Below, piece by piece: positions 38,342 to 51,345 of a DNA stretch of 64,000 nucleotides. The notes under the pieces are model-generated. The model was not told the origin of the DNA and did not search any database. It worked only from the letters and a program-made list of their open reading frames with translations. Positions within the stretch are counted from its first letter, which is position 1; every line of letters begins with the position of its first letter. The DNA comes from Epithemia pelagica (taxonomy: Eukaryota; Protista; Bacillariophyta): assembly GCA_946965045.2 (NCBI GenBank), contig OX337229.1:3534001-3598000 (forward strand), given 5' to 3'. A program made the position numbers and the translations under genes.

Positions 38342-39035
38342 ATGACCATGAGCCAGACCACCGTAGTTTCCCGTCGCCTTGTGCGGACAATGGCACACCG
38401 AGCCCAAGTTGATTGGTATGATATTGTCTACTTTTTGATGTGGGGAAGGAGAATCTGGTGCACATGATTCGTTGTACCGTTGAATCAGACACCGTTTGAA
38501 GATTAAGCCCATCCCATATTTGTTGTTGGCTTTTTATTTCGTGCTTACGTTTTGATTTTCTTGTTACAGGTCAAAGCCCTATTGGACAAGCAGTCCCCAA
38601 GCTACGACATATTTCAATTCGTACAAGTCCTGGGTTGCTATGGCTGACTCCGAGGCACAAAAGTACTCTAGTCCTCCACCTTCAATTGATTTTGCAGCTG
38701 CCAAAACGAAGATCAAGGACACTGAACTCGTTGATTTGCTTGAATCTTTTTACAACTCAAATAAGCCTGCTCCTGAGACCTTCGAATGGCCCGAAGACGA
38801 CAAACAGCACACTGAGAACCACTTGGCCTTTATGCGTGACCAAGCTGCTTTTGATGCCGAGGCTCTTCCTGTCCTAGAAAAGGAGGTTGAATACCTGAAG
38901 GAAACTCGAACTACGGAGGAAACGACTGTATACGATATGTATCTTAAGTATCCCTCGCTCCACGAAGAGATCGAGGACGAAATTGAAGAGCGTGAGTGGT
39001 TCAAGGACACTGGGTTGGAGTCATCTTCGAAATAA
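38342..39035 (+). CDS. ATP5PD: Mitochondrial ATP synthase subunit d
   Basis: Exons 38342-38415 and 38570-39035 (179 aa). Arg-rich presequence, spliced VDW, PPSIDFAAAKTKIKDTELVDLLESFY and YPSLHEEIEDEIEEREW. Confidence 0.82.
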
Positions 39036-39350
39036 AACACGTAGAGCTTGATCCTTAGTCCCATAAGATCATTGAAATAGATCGATTGTCAGTTTTCTGG
39101 AATGTCTATTCTCTTCAGTTCAGGGCATCGATGAAACAATCAGATAGTTTTATTATGAAACGGCATGTACTCCGCACCTAGGAGTACTTCTTGGTAGAAT
39201 AGTAGCGCCTCATTAGTACGGCTAGTGTTGGTAGTTTTCATTTGTTGGAGAATCCATTTCACACTATCATGTCATTGGTTATTGGTTTATGCTGAGGTTG
39301 AGAGTTGAGAGAACTGCATTGACCTCTCGCCATCTCCTCCGGTTTTAACA

Positions 39351-39803
39351 ATGAATGGCATGGAGACGGGGGAAAGCGAAAATTACCGTACTCGCAAGCT
39401 TGGCAATGATGGAAATGACGAAAATTCGCACAAAGATGCCTTCAAGCGATTACGTCAAACAACAAGCAGGACATCTGAGTCAAATGGAATCCCAGCTCCT
39501 GCTAGTCCAGTCGACCATTCTTACAACTTGCCTTTAGGCTGTACCCAGTCTCCTGACGAGGTTTTAACTCAAGTAAGTAGTCGATTTTCCCTCTAGCGAT
39601 GGATGTGCTTCGCAGGTCACAGAATGAAGTCCTCAGACAACTTTTCCTTGGCATTGCCGCAGATGATTGTTCAAAGTGGAGCCAAGTCGTATTCAGAAGT
39701 TGTAGATTTCTCTAGGTCAGCGGGAATTCCAGTCTCACGAATGCTGCGTTTGGATCTAATGAGACAATTGCCGCAATCAACGAATGATATGGATACAAGC
39801 TAA
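39351..39803 (+). CDS. Candidate small hypothetical protein (120 aa, two exons)
   Basis: ORF 39351-39572, GTAAGT donor at 39573, GCAG acceptor at 39662 (90-nt intron), in-frame exon 39663-39803. No recognisable family. Confidence 0.4.
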
Positions 39804-40082
39804 AGACCAGCACTCGCTTACTCCCTCTCCCATACCATACCGTGAAGGAAACCATCTCAAATCCAGTTCTAGGTTGATGATTGCAATGATGACTTGAATG
39901 GTAGTTTCATCGTGCTATTCACTATTCATAGGAGTACCTTACTGCTAGGAGTAGGCTCCCCTACCTTATTTCGGTCCCGTAGACATAGATAGGGTTTATT
40001 CGTACAATAGTTCGTAGGGCGTACGCAGAAATCCGGCGGGAAGCGGCGCGCTCCCGCTTGGGCGCCATGAGAATGAGACGAC

Positions 40083-41742
40083 TTGCGAGAAAAAGAGGCG
40101 CGCTCGCTTCGAGCCATGTTTTTGGATCCAACACATGACAACAATCGAGATCCAGCCATCATTGGAGTGGTTGAACGAACAACGAGTTGCCGAAAGAGAG
40201 GATTCGATAAGAGATTTGACGAAATCAGAATGGTTGACACAGAGACCAAGGTCCATCTAAATGATGGTGACAGCGATGCCCCAATGGCAAAGAATCAAGT
40301 GTCGGAAACGACAAGCAAGACACCATCCGCGGACAATACCGTGCTGTTCAGTCCTCAGTTGTTGCAGATGTATTACTCTCGACTGTTCCCATACTCTTTC
40401 ATGCACTCTTGGCTTAGCTATGGATCCAAGGATACTTCATTGTTCTCTCGTCGTGAATTCTCCTTCACGTTGGATGTCAACGGCGAGGAGGTCTATATGC
40501 GATACCAGTCTTTCTCCAGTGCCGATGAGCTACAGCAACGCATTCTCAATCGCCGACCCACCAAGATTGATATTGGAGCTGTCTTTTCCGCTGATCCAAG
40601 CCAGAAGAACACGCTCTCAGAGTCTCGCTTTCAGCCGGTACAAAGAGAGTTTGTTCTGGATGTGGATTTAACAGATTACGATGACATTCGAAAGTGCGGA
40701 TGTACAGGTGCCATGATTTGCCCTAAATGCTGGACATTTATGCAAATGGCCGTCAAGGTCATGGACGAAGGGCTTCGCAAAGATTTCGGTTTCTCTCACG
40801 TTGCATGGTTTTACTCTGGACGTCGTGGTGTTCACGCTTGGGTCTGTGATGAGTCGGCAAGGTTGCTTTCAGACGAAGGACGGAGCGCCGTCGCAACCTA
40901 TTTTGAGGTAATGTGTCAGGGCATTCTAGAAAGGACCAGCATGAGAATCTCGTCATTGCTCACATCTGCCTTGCTCTTAATTATAGGTCGACTTGGGATC
41001 CGATCGGAACAAGGATGTTCGCTTACCCTATCCTTTGCACCCGATGCTCCGACGCGCGTTTGTCATGTTGGAGCCATTGTTCGTCAAGCATGTGCTTCCG
41101 GTGAGCGGTCATGGTCTGTTGGCATCAGCAAGTCAATGGGACACGTTACTCGATAGTTTGCCGGAAGGAGCTGAACTCGTGAGAGACACCCTGAAGCAAG
41201 AATGGAGCTCGGAAAACGGAAGAACACCTGCTGAAAAGTGGTCGGACCTCAAGCGTCATATTGAGATTTTCTCGGGCCGCAAGTCAGGCAACCGCAAGTC
41301 GGCGAAAAGGGTCTTAACCCCCAAACAGCAAGTACGATTGGAGTGTTGGCCATATGAAGTCGTCTTTCGCCATACGTACCCTCGGCTTGATATCAATGTC
41401 TCCAAGAAGCGCAATCACTTGCTCAAGTCTCCCTTCTGTGTGCATCCCAAAACAGGCCGTGTCTGTGTTCCTGTTCAAGCCAAGGAAATTGATGCATTTG
41501 ATCCATTCTCGGTCCCTACTCTTCCTCAATTGATGACGGAACTTGATGACTACGACCGTCAAAACCCCTTGGACGCGAACGATGACAAGAAGAAACAGAA
41601 AACCTCCAACTGGGAAAAAACAAGCTTGAAGTCTTACTATGAACCTTTTGTAAGAGAATTCCTCGAACCTATGCAACGAGAGATTCGTCGAAAAGAACGA
41701 AATGCTTCGGAAGAAGAAGCAGCATTAATCGGGGATTTCTAG
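40083..41742 (+). CDS. PRIM1: DNA primase small (catalytic) subunit
   Basis: Exons 40083-40907 and 40987-41742. RREFSFTL, KIDIGAVF, REFVLDVDLTDYDDIR, YSGRRGVHAWV, YPRLDINVS and HLLKSPFCVHPKTGRVCVP. The start Met is uncertain. Confidence 0.95.
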
Positions 41743-42048
41743 CAAGAAATTGTAAATCTAGGAGTAATGGTATTGCTTGACTACGCTTACACTTTTATTT
41801 TTGCTCAATGACCTCTTTAGATTCTAGAATCAATCCAGGAAGCAACTCCTATTATGAGTCAGGCCGTTGCTGCAGTCTAGAGTGGCGTGGTGTACAAAAA
41901 GGGCTAGCTCGAGTAGTTTTCCGAAGCATCTTAGTCGCATAAAATTATATACAATAAGGTCTGGGATAAACAGGTTGAACCAAAGATCCCCTACCAAGAC
42001 AACTACCGAAGGCCCTCAATTCAAGCAGATAAGCCACTCAACATGACC

Positions 42049-42781
42049 ATGAAAGTTGCCGCTGTTCTCGCCGCTTTGGTTGCTTCGGCTTCCGCCTTCT
42101 CCCCCGCCCACCAAGGCGCCCGCACCCAAACCGCTTTGAACGCGGAGGAAATGTCCAAGGCCCTTCCATTCATGAAGCGCCCTCCTCTTGTGAGTTTTTA
42201 CAATAGTGTGTTGGTTCGGAAGCAATGTGTCGAATGTTTAGCTCTCATCGCTTCCTGTTTGATTGCGACAGCTTGATGGATCAATGGCGGGTGACCTTGG
42301 ATTTGATCCACTTGGCCTTTCAGAGATCAATGGTGTGGGAATAGACCTCTACTGGCTTCGCGAGGCCGAAATTAAGCATTGCCGTGTTGCCATGATGGCT
42401 GCTCTTGGCAACATCTGGGTTGAGGCTTATGGCCCCGCCCCTGGATGCGAAATGGCTGATGCCAAAAACCAGATGGATGCTTTCTGGCAACTTTGGGGTG
42501 CTCATCCTCAGTACATTGTTGCTGGTTTCATCTTTATTGCTTTTGCTGAGTTTTTCTCTGGAATTGCCGCTACATCTGGACGGGAAAGTGGAATGCGTGC
42601 CCCTGGTGACTTCAAACTCAATCCTTTCGGATACGCTGATGATGAACCCCGATTGATGAAGTTCAAAGAACAGGAGATTGCCAACGGTCGCTTGGCCATG
42701 TTCGCTGCTGCCGGTCAAATCATGCAAGGCATGACAACTGGCGACGGTGCCCTTGAAAACTTGGCTTCTGTTTTCAACTAA
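42049..42781 (+). CDS. Lhcr: Fucoxanthin-chlorophyll a/c light-harvesting protein, Lhcr-type
   Basis: Exons 42049-42189 and 42272-42781. ASA-FSP targeting motif, MSKALPF…LDGSMAGDLGFDPLG, WLREAEIKHCRVAM and EIANGRLAM. Confidence 0.92.
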
Positions 42782-42913
42782 TTGAATAGCATGCTGTCGA
42801 TTTTTTGGCCTCTCCGATCGCACAAGACTATCTCTGTAGTCACATTGCTACAATTAATACAGACTAGAGATCGAGTTTCCACGATGCGTTATCAAGTCAT
42901 TGATGCATCAAAC

Positions 42914-44038
42914 TTAAACAGGCTCCCCGCGTTTATCTCCATTCCATTCGTAGAAGCCTTTCCCTGACTTTCTGCCAAGATCACCAGCAGTAACTTTTTC
43001 TTCCAGACATGTGGGAATAACGAACGCTGGCTCGTTTGGGTATTTTTCGACCCATCCTTGGACGATGAAAAGACACGTGTCCAATCCAATGTAATCAGCC
43101 AAGTGGAGCGGGCCCATAGGATGTCCTGCACCCAGCTGCATCGAGACATCAATATCATAAACCGAAGCATCTTGCCGGTCGACCATTAGCATTGCCTGCA
43201 TGAGACTCGGTACAAGAAGCCTATTGACAATAAACCCAGGTGTGTCGCCGCAGGAAACGGGGACTTTTCCAATCTCACGAACCCAATTGTAAGCTCGGTT
43301 GAACGCACTCTCGTCAGTTTGATCTGTTTTGATAACCTCCACAAGTTTCATTATCTGATGATCCCTCAGAAGACGTAAGCATTGTTCCAGTCAAAATTCC
43401 GAATGACTAAATGAGTATCACGTACCTGAACAGGATTAAAGAAGTGGACTCCCACAAAATTTTCTGGCCTTCCACTAAACGCGGCCATTTCAGTAATTGA
43501 CAAACTTGAAGTGTTGGAGGCAAACACTGTTTCTGATTTGCAGATTGAACCAAGCTCTCGGTATATTTTTTCCTTCAGGTCCAGGTTCTCTATGACGGCT
43601 TCAACAGTAAAATCAACATTTCGAAGTTCAGTCAAATCAGTGGTGAAGTTGATCGTTCCAAGGAGATGATCCGCTGCCTCTTGAGTGATTTTTTCTTTCG
43701 AAACAAGCTTAGAAACCGATTTTTCAATTCTCTCTTTGCCTTTGTCGAGAAATTTCTGTTCTGGTTCGTAGGCCACCACTTTCGAATGGATTCCAGAAGC
43801 AGCTGACTGAAAGAAAAAGAAATGTAAGTTTTCACACAAACCAAGAGGGCGGCAGCTAATACTAATATCGATACATAATCCGTACAACTTGACAGATGCC
43901 ATGGCCCATCAAGCCTAAGCCCACGACACCGATGGTATCGAATCCTGACGATGCCGACGTGAACGACCTCTGCTGCAGAAGACAGCTGGAGGACCGTCTC
44001 AAGCAGGAAGTCAGTTGTCCCAGCCTATTCGCGATCAT
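42914..44038 (-). CDS. HADH: Mitochondrial 3-hydroxyacyl-CoA dehydrogenase (short-chain / 3-hydroxybutyryl-CoA type)
   Basis: Exons 44038-43886, 43806-43426, 43354-42914 (324 aa). Presequence, VVGLGLMGHG Rossmann motif, VEAVIENL, FASNTSSL, GVHFFNPVQ, PGFIVNRLL and GHPMGP. Confidence 0.94.
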
Positions 44039-44436
44039 TATCTCACGTAAAGTGAATATTGAATATGCTCTGTCTTTTTTAAGCAGAGCTCTGCTTTTAT
44101 TTGGGTTTGGGATGCTTCGACAGTTTTTCCGTCAGAGACATCATGCGATGGATGATAGAGATGTCTTCGATCTTTGACTGTCGTTAATCTTACATGCGAC
44201 CGAAACGATTCTTACGCGACCTATATGCGTGCCTGCCATGGCGGGCGTGCTTCTGGAGCGATAAAGTGATGCTACCCCTCCCCCCCCACATTCCGTCCAG
44301 TAACTACTCCTACTCCTACTTACTCCTCGGTGTAGGAGTACCTCTAGTACCCTAGCATTTGCACCTATGCCTGGAAATCTAAAGACTCCTGTCATAGTCA
44401 TATCGTAATGTCACCTCAATGAGCATTGCTACTCCT

Positions 44437-45858
44437 CTAGGCGTAAGTTGATTTTACTTTCTTCACAAACTTTGCTAGGCGTGACATCACTTCATCCACT
44501 CCTTCTTGCTCTTTCGCGCTCATCCATAGGAGGCGGCTGTGAGGCATTGCATTCTTCAATTTTGCCTCGAGTTCACTGCGCGACACTTTCACCTCCAGTC
44601 CCTTCTCCCATTCAATGGTGGACCTTCCTTCAAAAGCATCCACCTTGTTCACGACCACCACCTGTGGGATCTTCGCCAGATGACCCGATCCATATTTGAC
44701 GATTTCGCGATTTAGCATTTGATAGTCGGCAATTGGATCAATTGATGTTGCATCGACAAGATGAAGAATGACATGGCAACGCTCTACATGACGAAGGAAT
44801 GTGTGGCCCAATCCAACCCCCTGTGCCGCCCCTGCTATCAGTCCAGGTACATCACAGAGAACAAGACTTTCGAATGCACCAGAGTCACTCGGATCCATTT
44901 CATAACTAGCAGGCGTCCAAACACCGAGATTTGGGATGAGTGTTGTGAAAGGATAGTTCGCAATTTTGGGTTTCGCTCGAGTCACGGAAGCAAGAAAAGT
45001 GGATTTCCCAGCATTTGGGACACCAACCACAGCCACATCCGCTACAATCTTCAATGTTAGCTTCAAAAGCTTGCGCTCTCCTCCAATTGGTGATGACCGT
45101 AATCTCCTGAGTCCTCGACTCTTGCCTTGGATTGCTGAACCTTCTCCGCCTTCCCCACCGCGCGCAACAATCAACGCGTCATTCTCTTCCGATACGATCC
45201 CCATATCTACTAACTTATCGTTAGAAATCTCAGAGTCTGCATCACCGCTTTCTACGACTTGCTTCACTACCGTTCCCGGAGGAACACGGATAGTGGTATC
45301 TTTGCCATAACGACCATTTTTTGTTTGACGCGCGCCATCGGCTCCATTCTCAGCTCGAAAACTCTTTGGTCTGTTGCGGAATGATTTCCATGACGATGAA
45401 GACACCCCTCCACCAAAGGAGTTTGGCTTCCATGAATTTGTGAGGCCCGCGAGTGTATTCAGCGATGGATCTAGTAGCAATATGACATCTCCGCCCTTGC
45501 CGCCATTTCCACCATCGGGAGGACCGTTCTGCCCCGTCACTCCAACTTTCTTATATGTACTAGCTCCTTGTCCTCCACTACCGGCGCGAACGTAGATGAA
45601 AGCTTCGTCGAAGAAGGAGTATTCGTTTACGCTTCCTGAAATGTCACCAGAGATGCGGTTGTCCTCATCAGCTTCGTTGATAAGTGGCGCATTTGGGGAG
45701 AAATAGGTTGTGTTGTCGGCACGCGAAGCTTCTTCAGCTTGGCATTGGTACCAATTTGTCTTGAAGGTGCTTCTGGGCTTGAGTAGTGACACAAATGCGT
45801 CGGCAGAGAAAGGTTTTGTCAGAACACAGAGGATTGAAAATGGCAAGAACAATAACAT
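44437..45858 (-). CDS. obg: Obg/CgtA GTPase, plastid-targeted
   Basis: Signal peptide with ADA-FVS, Gly-rich Obg fold (AGSGGQG, PDGGNGGKGGDV, VPPGT), GVPNAGKST, YPFTT, DVPG, GLGHTFLRHVER and NKVD. Confidence 0.93.
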   Translation of the reverse strand: MLLFLPFSILCVLTKPFSADAFVSLLKPRSTFKTNWYQCQAEEASRADNTTYFSPNAPLINEADEDNRISGDISGSVNEYSFFDEAFIYVRAGSGGQGASTYKKVGVTGQNGPPDGGNGGKGGDVILLLDPSLNTLAGLTNSWKPNSFGGGVSSSSWKSFRNRPKSFRAENGADGARQTKNGRYGKDTTIRVPPGTVVKQVVESGDADSEISNDKLVDMGIVSEENDALIVARGGEGGEGSAIQGKSRGLRRLRSSPIGGERKLLKLTLKIVADVAVVGVPNAGKSTFLASVTRAKPKIANYPFTTLIPNLGVWTPASYEMDPSDSGAFESLVLCDVPGLIAGAAQGVGLGHTFLRHVERCHVILHLVDATSIDPIADYQMLNREIVKYGSGHLAKIPQVVVVNKVDAFEGRSTIEWEKGLEVKVSRSELEAKLKNAMPHSRLLWMSAKEQEGVDEVMSRLAKFVKKVKSTYA

Positions 45859-46249
45859 CCCCCTTCACTTTCCAAAGATCCAAAGTGTCATCGTGATTGA
45901 TGCCCAGATCCCGAAATATGCCGAAGTCAATCCCTAACGTGATTGGTGGAAGCCACGCTCGAGAGTGTTTCATTAAAAACGAGCTACCATAGCTACTACC
46001 TCCCCAGAACCAGAGGGGATTGCTACGAGGCATTGGGGAATTAAGAATTATGCGTATGTGCCATTGATGGACGAGGGAAAAAGGTCAGGCAGTTGCTGTA
46101 GTGTAACTTGATCCAATGTGGCTTTGTATGCAGGATGCAAAATGCAATGACGATTCATGATAAAGATTGTTTTGGATTGACTTTTGCAGTCTTCATTTTT
46201 CTTTTTGAAGAATAAGTAGCGCACAATGAAATGGATCTTGTCCTCGACA

Positions 46250-49200
46250 CTACTCGTCCTTCGTCCGATTAACTTTCATGGCATATGCTTCAGTTGTGGT
46301 CTTGGTAAGCCTTTCAAAGACATCTGGACTACTGTGACCATTGTAGGGACTTGAACCCAAAACTTCTTCAAGTAGGGCGTCAACTGAAGTCATTCTAGGC
46401 ACTTGGTGGTGTTGCTGTTGCTGTTGTTCTTCGTCTTCGTCCGGACCTCCATTTTGTCGTATTGAGAAGGCAAAGGTGGTTTGAGTGCTCAATCTCTCAA
46501 ACACGTTATCTTCTCCATGCTCGGCTCCCCTTTGTCTGTCCCGACCCGAAATTCTCACGTTTTCTTCTCTACGTGCGGAGAAAGACCCACTCACTTTTCG
46601 AGACGATCGATGTTCAGGACTTGCAATTCTAGTCAGTGCTGCTTTTGTTTCGCCCGCCCGGTTGAAAGATGTTCCCCTGGCAACTGGTCGGTTCCTTGAT
46701 GCGGAAGCGTGTCTTTCTTTCCCCTTAGATCTTTCATCAATATCAGTCTCTCGTCCAAAGCTTCCAAACGTCGCTCTTCCACGCGGAGACGTATCGTCAA
46801 AACTGTGCCGATCTTCTTTTTCCCCCGAGAAAGATTCAGATAGTCCTGGAATTACATTCCTTCCTTTGGATCTTGTCTTGTTCCGAAGCCGCGCCTGCTT
46901 CTGCGTTCCGGTATAATTTTCAGGATCGGCCAATCGTTCAAACACAGGGACATCATGTTTATCGTCTAACCTCAGTGAACTTCGGAGAGATGGCGGAACT
47001 TTCCCTTCCGCGATCAAAGCAAGGTCTTCCATGATTTCATTTGCCCAGTCAGGTTCAATCGAATGAGTATCTTCCGGGTCGCTGTCGTCCAGATCAATAG
47101 CATCTTTAACTGCTGATGGCAAAGGAGTCGCTTTGTGCAGCGAATGAGAACTGCTAGCTTTTGCTCGTCCATCATCGCCACCACCGCCGTCGTGCATAGC
47201 ACTGTCTACTGCAGCAATAACCCTGGTAAGATCGACTCCTCGAACAGATAACTTTGATAGCATAGACCTGATCTTAGACATGTCAGCGTATGCTCTTTGC
47301 AACTCTGCTTCCAGAGCTTTGGTTTCTTCTCGCGATTTTTGTAGGGATTCCACAGAGTATTCTAGTTCTGTTCGGTACGTTTTTGCCGACACAGCGTCAG
47401 TCTCCCTATCATCCAGTTGCTTCTCCAGCAGTGATATTCTTTCATTCGCCAGGACAAGTAATGTTTCGTCGAATCCACCGTTACTGGTATGTCGAGATGC
47501 TGACGACTCTACAGGGGTCTCTTCCGATGGGAATTCCGCATCTTCTTTCACAAGCTCCATCAGTGACAGGATCTGATTTTGCTGGTTTTGTGACATCTCG
47601 GCAACTTGTACACGCTGTTCATCGACGTACGATCGAAGTGCCAAATCTTTCGCCTCCAAATCATTCGTGGTAGATTGTAATCGCTCGTCAAGAGAACAAG
47701 CAGTTCGGGCCAAAGCACCTACTCGGCGGCGTTCTCTGACAACCATTCCAAAAAGAACCTTTGCAAGTGACCTGTGAGCCACCTCAGGAGGAGCGGCTAT
47801 TGGAAGGAGAGAAGAAGGTCAGTAACGATCTCTATGCCAAAATGCATGGAGGTTTTTTCACCAACATACCTTTACACACGCGCTCAAATTGTGCATCGAA
47901 GAGGAAAGATTCTTTGTTGTCAGGTCGCACATTGTCCCTTGATGATTCTTCGGTGGAACCCTCCTTCTCCAAACGCTTTGCAAGATTTCGGATCCTATCC
48001 TCTTTGTATTTGAGCTGAAGTTCGATGTTTTCCACATCTTCGGAAGATTCAGTTTTTGCAACTTCATTCCGCTCAAGAGTCAATTGGAAGTGCTGCTCCC
48101 ACTCCTCGGCCAGCTTATTCACAAGCGCCTCTTTTCTTGCAACTTTGGATACCTTTTCATCGAAAAGGTCACGGAGGGCATTCGTATCAATGGTGTGTTT
48201 ACCCTTGTCACGCTGTCCAACTAATACAGGATCGAGACCAGCTTTTGCCATAACGCCACGTTTTACAGAGGCCACGCGCAGCTTCTTTTCTGTGTCTTTG
48301 TATTTCTGTCGCAGAGCTCCGAGTTCTTCAAGTCTTGCTTTGGCAACTCTATTTGCCTTGTCAGCCTCGATTTCTTTCATGGATGTCAGACGTTTATACT
48401 TGCTAAGTTCTCGTTCCTTCTGCATAGCCTCTTTCTGGAGTCGCTTGATATGATTTGCGTGATCCTTCCTTTCTGAGGCCAATTGCTTTTGCATGTCGAC
48501 TTTGCGTCGCTTCATTTCCTCAACGTCTCGGGTTAATCGGTCGAGTTCCAAAGCATTACGTGATGAGACAGTTGTGAGGTTTCTCAACTCCACCGACTTC
48601 TTTTTGAGGGTGGCGATATGAGCTTCCTTTTGACGTAGTTTCTCCTTCAATTCTTGGCTCTTAATACCACCAGATTTTACTTTTTGGGCCTCATGAAGTT
48701 TCCTAACAAGAGCCTCTCGTTCTTCCTCTTTCTCGTTTAACGACTGTTCCATTTCTTTTAACTTGGTCTCATAAAACTCTCTCATTTGCTATTACGTAGT
48801 ACCAGGATGAGAACAATGTCATCTTAACAAGTACCATCATCATAATTGGAACAGCAAGGCTTACCTCGTATCGTTCCTGACTAGTCTTTAGTTGACCAAT
48901 CAGTTCTTCTTTTGCCGCAATACTCTTTGCCAAATCCATTAAATCATGATGAATATCTCGATGCCTTGGAGACGAAGGCATTGCAGGGGACGACGCATCT
49001 TGCTGTGTAGGACTGACTGCACTATCATCGTCATTCTCTTCGCCGTCATTCCCTTCCACGTCTTTGGCGTATTTTTTGGTCCAGCTCTTGACTGCCGCTT
49101 GCTCGGCATCTTCTTCAGCCTGGATCCGAACCAAGGCACTCTCTTCATCGTCATCATCTCCGTTCTGCATGGTTTCGGCAGCATTCTCTTGCAGGCGCTC

Positions 49201-51345
49201 CAATCGGCTTCGATCTTCCTGTAAGGAGTGTTGTACTTGATCCATCCAGGACTGTTCATCTTGCATCATGGCGCGCTGAGAACGCTCCACCGCCAAGGCT
49301 TTTTTCAGTTCTCCAATTTCGCGTTCATACTCCACCATCTTCTGCATCGTCCGGTCCATGATGACCGAGTTGGTATCGGTCGAGGAGGCACGGTCTCCCT
49401 CTGAGGAGAGGACGTGCTGCATGGTACTTTGTGCCTTTTGCCAATACAAACCCTCTTCCGCAGAGTCTTTGGGAATAGGCGATTCGGGGGTAGGAAGCAC
49501 TTGATGCTGTTGTTGTTGTTGTTGCAATTGGTTTGTTGTTGTAGGCGTCGGCCTTCCCCCAGACGCTGTCGATGTAGATTCATCGTCGGGTGGTCGCACC
49601 CCGGCAATTACAGCTTCGAGAGATTCACCACTGATAAAAGATTGCAGTTGTTCTTTGGCATAGAGCGTTCCATTTTTTGAACTGGCCGATGTTCTCGTTC
49701 CCTGATCCGACGAAGCTGTGGCGACATTGGAAAGAAATAAGGCTTGTTGTGCAAGTTTGACAATGTGTTGCTGCAACGTAAGAATATACTGCGAAGTGGG
49801 ATCCAGATTGATGGTGGCCTTGTTTTGAATTTGTTTGGCTCGGTTGGCATAGCGCAAACAATTGTTGGATTCCTCTAAATTATCGGCGGATGGGGAGACA
49901 CAGGCAATCATGAGCGTTTTGTGATTTCCACCCAAACTGCCTCGTAGCAGTCGAGTCAGTTTCGAATCGCGATAAGGAACAAAAGGTTTATTGGTTTTGG
50001 AAGAGGATGCCAAAGCCGCAATGACATTTCCCAACACAAGCAATCCCTTGTTGATTTCAATCCCTTCTTTGAGGCGTTGTCCAACCGCTTGTGTCCGCTT
50101 GGCTCGTTCACTTCCGGCCAAATCCACAAAATGAAATTTGGACCGTCGAACGACATTGGTTCCACTGGCACTGGTCGAACCGGCCGACGAGGATTTCCAT
50201 TCTTGTTCGACAATAATGGTAAAGAGCGCATGCGATCGCGAACTGGTGGCATTCATGGCGGTTGACGCCGTGACACGTCGCAATCGTCCCGTTTGTAGCA
50301 TTTGCAAGGCTTCTTCGGCAGAGTAGACTTGAGGTTGCTGCACACCCAATACTTCGGGTTCCTCCGTAGCCACAGCATCGCGAATTTTGAGTGTATTGCT
50401 CGAGGAAGCGCCATTGCCAGTGCCATCTTCCCGCAATCGAAACAAATCTCGAATATCTTCTCCGTAAATCTCCAAGAATTGTACCTGTACTTTCCAACCA
50501 TCACAGGGTCGATCTTGCGCTTTGTACTTGGTGCTACTGCTACTACTTCCATGGTCCGCATCATTCACGGTAGATTGAGGAGGATTTTCTTTATTAGCAT
50601 CGCCGGTTGTGGAATTTTGCAAGTTTCGTTTGTTGTTGTTGGACGGGTCCGTTTGTTGTTGTTGGAGGGCATCAAAGAGTGCATAAATCGTTCGGGGCAA
50701 AACACCTTGTGTATCTCCCGTGACATGGTTTCCCAAAATCGTGTGAGTTTTGCCCGACCCCGTTTGGCCGTAGGCGAGAATGGTTGCATTGTATCCTTCC
50801 AAACAGGCATTAAGGAGGGGGACGACCGAGTGTTGATAGAGTTGGGCTTGGGTGGTGGCTGTCCCATAGACACAATCAAATGTGTAGGTGACTCCGGAAC
50901 GACGTTCTCCGACTCGAACACTCGTCGCCACGTCTGTGACCGTTGATCCTGGAGCGGCCGGAGGAGGCTCATCCAAGATCGTCAAACACGGATCTTGACG
51001 TTCCAGTGGCAAGAGGGGACGTATTCGAATGGCCACCTTGACACAATCGGACGAGGACGACGAGGAAGAACGCGGGGTTTGTTGCTGCTTGCTGCGATTG
51101 GAAGTCGACGAGAGAATGGAATCGGACCTTCGTGTTGCGTTCGGTGTTCCGGTTGTCGCCGCCGCCAAGGACTGTGATGATCCTCGTTCGTCTCGGGGGG
51201 ACGCCGCCGCAGTCGAGGGATCCATCCAAGTTGTTGTGGTCGCAGTGGGAGGAATTGTTTCTGGAGTAGTGTCGTTTGTCATGGGCAATGATGGACTGTC
51301 CTCATGGCTTTCCGTAGCTGCTGCAGTAGATTGTGGATCTTGCAT
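46250..51345 (-). CDS. Kinesin-4 family motor (KIF4/KIF21/KIF27-like) with long coiled coil
   Basis: Exons 51345-48865, 48788-47870, 47796-46250 (1,648 aa). GYNATILAYGQTGSGKTHT, NATSSRSHA, FVDLAGSER, GLLVLGNVIAAL, PYRDSKLTRLL and TLMIACVSP. Confidence 0.92.
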
